A stretch of 64,000 bases of DNA from Psammoneis japonica. Taxonomy: Eukaryota. Positions 33,671-44,579 of this stretch are shown here, piece by piece. The stretch is taken from the NCBI GenBank assembly GCA_008632985.1, contig QPGO01000004.1, positions 496,001 through 560,000 of the forward strand. The letters are read 5' to 3'. The translations under genes and the position numbers were made by a program. The notes below the pieces were generated by a model, which worked only from the letters and a program-made list of their open reading frames with translations, was not told the origin of the DNA and searched no databases. Each line of letters begins with the position of its first letter. Position 1 is the stretch's first letter.

Positions 33671-36066
33671 TCTCTCCATTGAGCTCTTGCAACTGTGACC
33701 CATTCAACATTCTGCAAAATTTAAACTCACTCCAAAACTCACAACAAACAATCTGTGAACTCGCTGCTGCAGCAGCACAAAACTCTTTGCCAGCCCTCTC
33801 CAGCCAAACACCACCCCAGCCCATTTGAAGGTGCTTTGTTTTGTTGCTCTTCTTGTGGTGTCAAAGCTCACTCAATCTCTGTTGATCTGTTGCAACTGTG
33901 ACCCATTCAAGAACATTCTGACCATTTACAAACTCATTCCAAAACTTGCTTGCAATCTGTCATTTGTTCATCGCAACAATCAAACTCTTCATCAGCCCAA
34001 ACACTCTCCTTTTTGAGGCAGCTTGCAGCATGTGCTGTGCTGACAACTGGCAAATGCCAGCTGTGTCTTGTGTCAAGAGGCTCCTGCAGCAAGAGATGCA
34101 TGACCCAAAAGCACATGTTGCACAGCTTTGTGCAAACACTTGCACTTCTTATTTTGCTGAGTGGGTGCATCACTTGACACATGATCTCCTGTCAACTGTG
34201 AGCAACTGCTTCACACAATGCAATCAGGATGGCACACTTGACTGGTGGTTCCTGCAGTTGTGCTTGGTGAGCAAAGGTTCTGCACAAAATGCTGTGCATT
34301 GTGCAGCATTCACTGAGAACAAGATGATCTTGGGGTGAAGCTCTCTGTTCTTGGATGAGGACATTCATGCGTGGGTGGCTGTGGAGCAAGTGTGTGCACC
34401 TTGCACAAGGTGCATGCCTTGCACATGTCTAGAAACACTTCACAGTGACGTGAGCCAACTCAGAAATGGAGGTTCTCAAAATTGGCAACAACAGCAAACT
34501 TTGCTGCTGTCCAGTGCCCACCCCATGCCTCAATTTGGCTCACAAGGCATGCTGATGTTGCCTCCCTTCAAGTGCACACAGAGAAACATTCTGTGAGAAA
34601 CTCAGCTGCCAAAACTGCACCTCTTGAACTGTCAACAACTGCTGCCAGCATGCTGAAGAAAAGGACAAAGCAACTGCTCATGCTTGTGCCATTGGAGGTC
34701 AGTGCTCTTGTGATGTTCAACAACAAACAATGCATGCAATCCACAGCAGGTCATTGTGCCCAGTCATCAGCAAAGCATTTGGTGCTTTGTGGCCCTTGTC
34801 ATGGGAACAGCATGCAGCCAGCATGCACTGTGCTGAAAACTGGCAGACACCAGCAATGTCTTGTGTCAAAAGGTTCTCTTGCAGCCAGAGACACATGACC
34901 CAAAAATTTGCATTTTGCAGGCCCACACATGCCCACGCTCATTTTGCTGAGTGAGTGCATTGATGTTGTCACATGTGTCAACAGCAAGTGATCTGCACCA
35001 CAAAGATTGTGCCCTCAACTGCCCTCCTCTTGAGTCCCACCAAATGAGCAAAGGCTCTGCCTGTGATGCAGTGCTGCGGCATTGTGCAACACTTGCTGAG
35101 AGCCAAGATGAACTTGGGGGGTGAAGTTCTTTGTTCACAGATGAAGACATTTGTGTGCACACACAACACGAAGGCGCGCACATCATGCGGCCAAACATTT
35201 CACAGCAATGTCATGAGCCAACTTAAAAACAGTTCTCACAATTGGAAACAATGGCAAGCTTTGCTGCTGCTCACAAAATCCATCTCCCAATTTGGTGCTC
35301 TGGGCAGGCTCTTTTGTTTGTGCACTCTTGTCACATCATGAAAAGCAGCTCTGAGAGACTGCTGGCAGCCTGGCACTTTCACACTTCCTCTGCACCAAGA
35401 AAGACATGAGGGTGGCCAGTCAACATGATGGTCTTTGCTTTGACACCAGCCAAATCAGCACACACAGGGCCCTGCTCCTGGCTTGGCCAAAAAAGCCTTG
35501 AGCCGCAAGTCATGAGCATTCTCTTGTTGAGAGCTGAACCAGGAAAATGGAATTGAGACTCTGGTGCACACTCAAGCTGCTGAAAATGGGGAAAACAGTG
35601 ATCATGATGAATGAATGACAAAAATTCCTGACAACCCGATGGGCTTCAATGAAAGTTGATGCCCCCCACCCCCACCCAGCAAAGGGGCACAGTGTTGATG
35701 GTTCCTGAGCAGCACCCAACAAAGAGAGGACAACAGCATGTTCTCCTGTCTGAAGTCGCTGACTTGTTGACATGTTGTGGTCAACTTGAAACATGCCGCG
35801 TTCGAGAATGTGAGGAAAGCAAATCTGGCACTACACTCTCTCCAGTCGTGCTTGTGTGGAGCACCGGAATGCACTGCACCTACGAACGACCACGACTGGA
35901 AAGCCGACCATTGTGAAATTGTGTTGACGACACGCGTCAATCATTGCAGCAAAAACACACAATTGCGGGGCGCCTTTCACAAATTTAAGGGCGTGCTTAC
36001 CCTAGAAACGCACACCAGCTCCTCACATAAACTCCAAAACTACAGTGAACAAATTATCACAAAAGG

Positions 36067-36258
36067 ATGAAGCTGCAGCTGCGTTTTTTCCTGTTGCTTC
36101 TTCTTGCCAATGATGGTATTTACCCATTCTGTATCACATCGGTGGACTGTCACATGAATGGAGAGTGTGAGACTGCTGGGAAACTCGGTAGGAAGAAGTG
36201 TCGTTGTTTTCCAGGATGGACCGGCAGTCACTGCCAAAAGCCCACTTTATCAGATTAA
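36067..36258 (+). pseudogene. Truncated 5' copy of the GH43-like gene (signal peptide + EGF-like domain only)
   Basis: PFCITSVDCHMNGECETAGKLGRKKCRCFPGWTG versus PFCTTSVDCAMNGECVTAGKRGKKKCRCFQGWKG in the gene at 19913; similarity stops at ~36240. Confidence 0.8.
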
Positions 36259-36487
36259 TCCGGACAAGCAGGTGTGATCGATCTACTTTGCACAAGGGTC
36301 TACTACTTTATTACTCTCTAGAGAAGATCTATGGCCCCACCCTACGGTGCTCTCTCAAGCTATCATACTACTCTTTTATGAAGGCATCCACACGACTTAT
36401 CTATGACTACGCATACTCTCCAAGTTCCATTGACCGGACATGAAAGTAGTTGTTAATGACTCGAGCTTTTCTACCGTCTGTGATTTT

Positions 36488-38787
36488 CTATCCACGCTCG
36501 TTCACGAGATTCAAGATTTCACTCTTCTCCTTCTCCGCAACCCGATGCATGAATTGCAAAATTTCATTCTTCTTCCTCACCCACACGTCCACGTTAGTAC
36601 CGCCAGTTGCTTGTAGCTGATCAATCAATTTCTGTACCTCGTTGGCAGCAGCCTGTCCCCACTTTTTGACGGCTGTGGTATCATTATTTTTGACGCCCGA
36701 CAAGCGCATCAGTACGATTGCATGGTTCTGACGGTCAGTCAATCCTACAGTCTCTCTAATCCGGAAGCAATTTTCATAGCTCTCGTGCGCAGCAAGGTCG
36801 CGGCCAAGCAACGTCAAAATGCTTCCCAGGAGGCAGAAGAGGCTAGCCGACGGTGTCTCTTTATATCGAACCGCAATCTGAAATGCATCTACTGCCTCCT
36901 TTAGCAAAGATTGATCATGAGAAGACTGATATAGATCAACCAAAGCCCTACCCTTTTTCTCATGAATCCATCCCCATTCGGGGATCCCAAACTGATTTCC
37001 CATGGCGATAATCCTGTTGGAAAGCAAGACCACCTCGGTATGGTTTGCTCCTTCTGGCCATGTATCAGTTTTGGACTTGAGGTGCACCATTACTCGCAAA
37101 GCATGGGGATATGGTGCGTGTTTCAGCACCGCAGCGTTTCGATCAAGAACACGCTGGGCTGCAGTGGCATATTCAAAAGCAGTATTCTTATCGAGATCAT
37201 CGTAAGAAGCTCTACTCATCAGCAACTTGACGGACTCTGGATGGGACTTTAGATCGGTCGTGAATAACTTAACGTTGTCCGCCCAATCTGGGTTACGTGT
37301 CACCGTCTGATATGCAAAGCATACGATACAGATGACGAGCACGTTTTGCATCTTTCGAACTCCCTTTGGATACATGTTTGACATCAGTGTAAGACCGTGA
37401 CAAATTAGCATTGCTCCTCCGATACTAGGAAGAAAGGCGAGACGCTCGGCCATGACAGTCCCAATACCAACAATATGGGACGCCGGGATAAGAGGCCCAA
37501 ACGTCCATCCCAGAGCAAGGAGCAGGGTGGTGTCACCTGTCCTGCGGAGTCGAAACATTGCAAGCAACAACCACGCAATAATAGCCACGGCAACAACGGC
37601 AGAAAAAGCCATTTCGGTGGTCATCCAGCTTATGACTGGCTCAATCACTCCAATGTTGTAATCACAGGATAGTACCCCAGGCCAAACGAGCAACTTCACA
37701 TATTTCGCCTGGATGTAGATCGCCGTGCGAAGCTTATTCATGTGAGTAAGGTGGCCGACAAAGTTAATGTGGATCGGCGACAAGGCAAGTGTTTGTCCCG
37801 TTTCAGAATCTCCAAAAAGCCACACCCGAAACCAGAGATAGAGAGCCGACGTCATTGACACACACGTCGCTCGCATCAAGATCTCCCGTCTTGTTTTCGT
37901 TCCAAAGCTACGCTTTGGTGCAACAATTGCGTAGACAACGTCCGTAGCACCAAGTATCGTCGGCAGTACTACAGCAGTCTCTTTGCACAGACACGCCAAA
38001 AAGAAAGAGGCTACTACACCCGCAACCTTTGTGAACCTCATTTCATCGGAATAGAAGAGCTTCGTTCCACTTAGACAAAAGATTGCAGCCATTACTTCTG
38101 CACGACCAACAATGCTTGCTACCGCCTCTGTATGAACTGGATGAGAAGCAAACCACAAGCCCGATAGAAGTACTGTCATTACAGCATCATCCGTGCTAAC
38201 ACTTTTGAAAGCAATTGCTTGAGACAAAAAACATTGACAATCAGCCAACAGCATGCGCCAAATAGCACGGCATTCGTCAAGTGAAAGATCCACGGTTCGC
38301 GTGATATCCAGGCGTTCATGCGGAATGACCAAACAACCAATGGCCGATATGATTTGTTGGAGGGGGCACTGCGAATGTCGACACCCCAGAAATCGTGTTT
38401 CCATAACTCGACAAACGGCGACATGATGCCATCACCTTGAATGTCAAGAACATCCGGATTTTTTTGTATGGCGGGGGAATCGTCGTAACAGAAACCACAC
38501 TCCCAAACAGCATTGATATAAAGCAAGAACCCAGTCAAAGCGCAAGCCAATGCTAAAACATTGAAATTTGATGTTTCCACCAAAGGTTTTTCCAAGGCTT
38601 TATGCCCTCCACATTTGTCATTGTCTGAGCCTGTGAACTTGATGGTTTTGGAAGGTGGTGATGCTGGAGCGCCTTCGTTCTTTATTTGCTTTTTGCCGCG
38701 TTTCGCCCACCCATGCTTTCCTTCAACAGGCCAAACAAACCTTGGATCGAAACTCGTTTTGCCTTTGTAATGAATGAGGTCTGCCAC
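36488..38787 (-). CDS. TMTC-family protein O-mannosyltransferase-like (multi-TM + DUF1736-like + TPR-like); apparent frameshift near 38228
   Basis: FCYDDSPAIQKNPDV, DFWG, KSYRPL, HPVHTEAVASIVGRAE, CKETAV, LSCDY, VGIGTVMAERLAFLPSIG, RNPDW. Start codon uncertain. Confidence 0.85.
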
Positions 38788-39206
38788 GATTTTGATTTGT
38801 GAGGTGCTTGAACCCGATGATGACTATGACTGTGACTTCGAAATGTGACGAAATGACCATAATGACCACGAAATGACCGAAAGTTTCTGCTATGTACTGT
38901 ACGTATGAAAGACAGACCACCAATCGACATCACCACGTCATGATGACGTTTCAAACAACTGAAATTCGGTTTGTCACGTTCAATTCTACGTGACATGCTA
39001 CTGAAATGCAATGGACCAATCATCGGCCGCGCCGCCAGAAATTCAAATCACGCAGAAAGAAGAAACAACAGGAAAGAACAAAACGCAATCAATTGAATAA
39101 TCGACTCTTGTAACCACTATCAACGGTATTTTGACACCCGTGGCAACCATTTTCAGTATTTGATATCTTTTTATCGGCTCGTAGTTGCGTTTAATACATA
39201 ATAATC

Positions 39207-40924
39207 ATGAGGAGGGAAAAATCGGTTTTGCTCTTATTGGTCGTATCCGGAAAGTGCTATGGTTTCTCGCAGCGAACAGTTCGACTCTGGCCTCAAAGAA
39301 CTCGTGATTTTCGACAGCGAGTTGAATTCCTACAACTGGAGGCTTCGTTTTTGGGAGAGACTGAAACATGGGATACACCCATAGTCGACCCCAAAACTGT
39401 GCGGGTGGAAACTTGCCAGTTCGCACGCGCTCAGTTCCTCAACTCCACCTCGACTCGTTTGTATTGGCAAAAGCGGCGTTTGTTGGTGTCATGACGGGCT
39501 TGGCCGTATCCCTGTTCAAGTTATCAATTGAGGCGCTAAAACAACTATTCTACGCTCCTCATCGATCACAAATGTTGCTGCCTTTGATTCCAGCGTTCGG
39601 TGGATTAGCGGTTGGGATGTTGCGGCATATGGGAGACTTTTCTCCAGGAATGAAGGAAATTGTTACAGAAGTCGACAACGAGATCTTATTGAGCACAGAC
39701 GAAGATAATTCGAAGAAGCACGACCACTTTCGGTGCTTTCGAAAATCCTTAGGGTCAATTTTTACACTTGGAACAGGTTGCAGTCTGGGCCCCGAGGTAA
39801 ATATACAGATCCATCTTCTACTACTGTTGCACTAGCGATGATATCTCAAATTTCTTGCCTCTTGCGACATATCTCTTCGATATTAGGGACCAAGTGTTGA
39901 GCTTGGAATGGCAATGAGTCGATTAGCGCTCAACTGGTTTCCTCTCGAACTAAAGTTTGGATCCACTGGCTCGAGAAGACAAAGGATTGAGAGAAGAAGG
40001 ATGGTTTTGTCGTGCGGTGCTGCCGCAGGTGTTGCGGCAGGATTTAATGCCCCCTTGACTGGAGTTTGTTTCGCGCTGGAGATAGTTCATGCTTTGTTTC
40101 CTCCTTTCGAGCTAGCCTCAAATGAACAACTCGAAGAGAATGACAACGCTACAGATGTAAACATGAGAAACGTCGGCGCGATCCTTCTCTCCAGTGTAAC
40201 GTCAACTCTAATTGCAAGAGCGCTTCTAGGCAATCATCTTCATTGGATCGTTGCAAATGGATACAAGATGAAGACACCGCTCCTGGAGCTTCCAATGTAC
40301 TTGGCTCTTGGAGCTGTATCTGGCAGCGTTGCATTTGCATTCCGACGCACCGTTGCGTCGGCCAATTCTTTTTTCAAGTCCACGCGAATGCGCAACATAC
40401 CAAAGGTCTTTTGTCCGGTAATGGGAGGACTGTTCTGTGGGATTATTGGTTTACTATTTCCTCAAGTTCTTTTCTTTGGATACGAAACCCTCAACTCATT
40501 GCTGTCGAACAGCTCACTTCCGACCAATTTGCTGCTCTCGTTGCTGCTTGTCAAGATCCTGGCAACAGCAGTCTCAGCTGGGAGTGGCTTGGTGGGAGGG
40601 CTCTTTGCCCCCTCTCTCTTTCTTGGTGCCATGGTGGGTGCCTCTTTTCATAACATTTTGGGGTCGCTGTTCCCTTGTCAAGCGGCTCTGTTTGGCTTGC
40701 CAGTATTTGAGCTAGCAGATGTCCCAGCTTACAGCATGTGCGGTGCAGCAAGTATGCTCGCCGCCGTCTTTAGGGCGCCCCTCACTTCCATTCTTCTCTT
40801 GTTTGAGTTGACTCGAGATTATGATATTCTGCTACCGGTTATGGCGAGTGCGGGTGTTGCCGCCGTCATTCATGACAACATTAACAGCACTCGAAACAAA
40901 AGTACACAGTCAAAATCTCAATGA
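39207..40924 (+). CDS. CLC-family chloride channel (CLC-e/f-like), putative plastid presequence, no CBS domains; intron ~39797-39886; apparent frameshift near 39390
   Basis: LGTGCSLGPE|GPSVELG, CGAAAGVAAGFNAPLTG, FFGYETLN, GGLFAPSLFLG, FRAPLTSILLLFELTRDY; N-terminus ...KCYG-FSQ. Confidence 0.85.
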
Positions 40925-41143
40925 TATAGCACCTCGGTAATGTACACTGTACAATAGATAGAAAGCTTCTCGCTACGTAGCATTGATGAACCATAAAAGC
41001 ATACCGCAATTAGCCCATCTCCTCTATGTATTTAGCATGGTATTTACATTAGTCTTTGCCTCTTAAGACTGTATCGTCAGCCTTTTCGTCAATTCAAAGC
41101 TAGCCTTGACTTCTTTAAAGATACGTCGACCGTCGCGCCTGTT

Positions 41144-42486
41144 TCATTTTGTGAGAAGGGCTGAACGGGCTAAGCTCTGCCCCACTTTTGGTAATGCAGA
41201 GGGCGCAAGCAGGAAGAATTCGTCGTCACTCTCACTCATGTGACTAATGTCACAAGGACTGAACCCAGAAGCAAATGAGATGGACTGTTCGTGTGCAAGG
41301 CGTCGATTGACTGCGGAGGCGTAGGAGGGCAAACACGCGAACCCTTGGGCGCCAAGTGACTTACGCCCGCAATGGAGGTCGGCATGGGTCCCAAATCATC
41401 ATTATCAAGCACATCTAGCTTCCTCGCAGTCTTTCTTGGTGTCAAGGAGAACTTAGGGAGAGGTGTTCCTTGGCTTAGGGTCGTCACACCTCGCTTTCTT
41501 CGCGGTGTTGATAGTGGCGTGCGAAGTGCGCTGGGCTTTGTAGAGTCTGTGCTACTCTTTCTTGGTGTAAGCATTGTTTGATCGTCCTCTCTGTCGTTTT
41601 CGATCAAGTGACAATAAGACCGCGCCGACAAGGGGGGCCGTTGATGTCTTGGAGTAAGTTTCGTCGGTGTTCCTTTTCCTGGAGTCGTATGCGAAAGAAC
41701 CTTGAGACGCACTTTCCTCGGCGATGGTGACCACCCCTTCTTGGCAATGGCTATCGCAACGGAGGATGGGAAGCCATTCTTGTCGCTAAAATTGCGAGGG
41801 GCACAAGCTGGCGAAGGAACGTAGTCAGAGAACGAAGACTGCATGGAACGCGCAGGAGATGAAATGTACTCTGAAAACGAGCCCTTTCTCTCCCTTTGTT
41901 GCACGAAGGAAGGAGCAGACTTCCCAGCTTCGAGTGAAATAGGCGAATCTATAGCTAGGCCCTTCATCGCCGTGACTTCCACATCCATTTCAATTGGCGA
42001 AAGAGAAACTCTGCCTGGCCCCGTTTCGATCGTTGTGTCGAGGACACTGGATTGCTTGGCCCACGGCTCGACACTGGCTTTTTCTTGGTACAATGCTACG
42101 CTGGGCCTTTCTTGTGCGCACCTCACGGCTTCATCGTTGGTGGAAAAGAAAGAGTCGATCGCTAGCTTTGGACTGTGACCGTCTGGAGTTGTAGCTGTTT
42201 CGATGCCTGAAGGTGATGGTGTGCACAGCGCCGGCAAGCGACGCCGAGGCTTCAGTTTAATAGAACTCGGCGGAGGACCTTTGTCAACGTCACTCATTGG
42301 GCAGCGGTTCTCTTCGCACCATTCATCGGAGGCAGCACGTGGATTGCTGATGGGTCTAAACACCTCTGCGTTCTGTTTCGGAATGCCTTCCGCTGGCTCG
42401 GCGGCTGAACCAGGTGCCAACATCCTTGATTCAACCGTCTCCTCGCAAATCACGTGACCGAGGGGTTCGTACCATGATGTCGTCAT
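41144..42486 (-). CDS. Hypothetical S/P/T-rich disordered protein (3' end uncertain; possible frameshift near 41335)
   Basis: 416-aa ORF with many TP/SP sites; the overlapping frame supplies a protein-like end (SESDDEFFLLAP). Confidence 0.6.
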
Positions 42487-43364
42487 CGCTGATTGCGAGA
42501 AAAAAGGATGCTACCGCAATAGTTGAATGTGTTTTGCCGATTTCGTCGCCTCTTTGCTTCAGGTTGGCATTTCAGTTTTTCCAGAAGAGGTGTTGACGTC
42601 ATCTTCTCCCGATGTCATCTGTTCGTAAGAAAAATGTAAATAACATTCCAAAACTAAAAGACGTTTTCCGACGTCTGCGGCGAAATCATTGGCCAGATCA
42701 TTGCTGAAGTGGGAAATGAAATAGTGACGAACGACATCGTCACCCTATTGTCAATTAAAGTTCCTACAAGATGGGGCTATATGATTACGATATCTGTGTG
42801 ACATCATCCTTATTTCACTCACGTATTTGGAAAGCGATGTCAATAGAGGGAAATAAATTTCTACATTAACAATAATAGTGTATACGCGTAAACCATTCAA
42901 AAAATAAATACATATATTCATGAGTTAAAGTGAACATACCATTCGTCGCTTAGGAATAGTATAACGAAACTTCAAGTTGATTTATTCGAGCCGTCCTTTT
43001 CCCGCCAAAACTTAAAAACCGTCGCAGATTTTCGATGAACGCTTTTTTACCCTCTTAGAGACTATTTTTGGTCCCATGTTTTATTGAGTTACTGAGGAGC
43101 AACGAGGCCTCGGAGCTGCACTGACTTTTCTGATGGGTACCGGCATGCATAGAGCCAGCTAGTTGTAGACAGCACTGTAAAGACGAGCACGGAAATGCAC
43201 AGTTGGGATCAACTTAAAGGATGGCAAGTAGTGCTAGTTCCTCACCAGCGGCCTAGTCAACGGAGCACAAAAAGATGGCTTCAGACTTTCTCATCTGCAA
43301 GCGAGGTGTGTTATTATCAGCAACATCTTGAACTAGGCGGTGTCCGCATAGCTGTATCAACCGG

Positions 43365-44396
43365 CTAGTCATCATCCACATTCGGAAACCAGCTCCCATA
43401 TGTGTCTTCAAAGCTATCCTGCGCTTTGTCTCCTAATTCATCAAAGAATCCCCGATCGCTGTTCCAATCGTAACCGGCGATAAAGCGATTTGTGGTTCTT
43501 GGTGTCTTGTTAGACCCCTTTATCTTCCCGTCACCCCATTGGAGCTTGCGTTTGCTATCTGCACTTTCGGAGAAAAGATCCAAATCTGAATTCTGAAACT
43601 GGTACATGTCAAGAACTGACTCCAATTCTGAAAAGTCAGGGCCATCCACTCGCGCCACGCGATTACCTGGAAACAATTGTTTACGACACAGTCAACATAG
43701 CATAACTAAACATGAGCATTTCGTTGTTCCAACCACCAGGGAGACAATTCAAGCTCTCTAGATCACAACAAACCTGCGTAGAAGATGTCATACGTCGGCC
43801 ATTTCTGAACGCCGGCTTTTCCCAACAAGATGTGTGCATTTTCATACTCCTCAAAGCATCGCAGAAAGATAGTCGCTGGATTATCGCGTGCAAGTCGTTC
43901 GTACTGTGCCTCCGTTGCCCGGCAGTCTTCTCGCTGTTCAGAAGTATATTTGGCCACACAGACAACACCGTCAGGACGCTCTGGTAGGGGTTGTGCAGCC
44001 AAGTTTACAATCTCTTGAAGCTGTTCATACAAACTTTGAGGGGATAAAGAAAAGAAATCAACCAAGGCATGAGGAAACGCACGCAACATGCATTCAAAGG
44101 CGGGAGTTGCCTTACCTGAAATCCTTCACCATGAAGGATCCCCCGCTTTCTCCATAGTATTTTCCATCAGAATCACCAACGTACAACCTTGACGAGTATT
44201 TGCGGTTCAAGTCGAATCTGAAACAAAACGCAGCAAAGCGAGGTCAGCACACGCGATACCAAAACATACTTGTACATACTTCGCCAAACCTGAGAGCTGA
44301 GAGCACGTACCTCGGCGAAAAACAGACGGCCTTTTGAAACAGAAATGAGCTGAAAGCAATTTCTGCAGCCATGACGGTCAATCGACGAAGTATCAT
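43365..44396 (-). CDS. Putative plastid-targeted thioredoxin-fold protein lacking CxxC (4 exons)
   Basis: Spliced reading MILRRLTVMAAEIAFSSFLFQKAVC-FSPR|FDLNRK...GGSFMVKDF|SLYEQLQE...VVCVAKYTS...YERLARDNPATIFLRC...GVQKWPTYDIFYAG|NRVARVDG. Confidence 0.7.
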
Positions 44397-44579
44397 TCTT
44401 CATTCAGAACTTTCCTTCTGACTCCTGACTGAAACAAATACGCAACATGAAACAAGATAGCAGATTGGAGATACCAGCAGCAGACGACGACGCGACGTAC
44501 GACGACGACTCTGGATGAGCGAGTGCCGGCCGCGGCCGCGCCGCCCGCCGTTGGCTGGCGTCGTCAGTCTTGCTTTCGT

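Larger units (their letters stand above)
24625..35900. repeat. Repeat island: older degenerate internally repetitive sequence hosting two Copia insertions; strongly TpA- and CpG-depleted
   Basis: Host segments recur at 24698/28347 (atggagattgaaggtcc), 24738/33688/33891 (gcaactgtgacccattcaa), 28145/35341 (aaaagcagctctga) and ~34020/~34815. Edges are approximate and set by composition. Confidence 0.75.

Noticed and set aside
24625..35793. Weak inverted similarity (tgttaaaatgagacca vs the reverse complement of tggtcaacttgaaaca) as termini of one large element enclosing the island
   Set aside because: Only 11/16 matches and no target-site duplication
24800..35900. Numerous overlapping Cys/His-rich ORFs on both strands as novel metal-binding proteins
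   Set aside because: By-product of TpA loss: TAA/TAG stops disappear and Tyr codons become Cys/His
38935..39010. Possible C/D-box snoRNA (ATGATGA...CTGA...CTGA) between the TMTC-like and CLC genes
   Set aside because: No terminal stem and no rRNA-complementary guide that I could recognise; it lies in a likely divergent promoter rich in TGA motifs
20925..41340. Frameshifts in the GH43-like (~20930), TMTC-like (~38228), CLC (~39390) and hypothetical (~41335) genes as programmed frameshifting or pseudogenisation
   Set aside because: At least the first three can be repaired by adding one base to a short homopolymer (GGG, T6, CCCC/AAAA), and the genes are otherwise intact. Long-read assembly indels are the simplest explanation; read pile-ups would decide.
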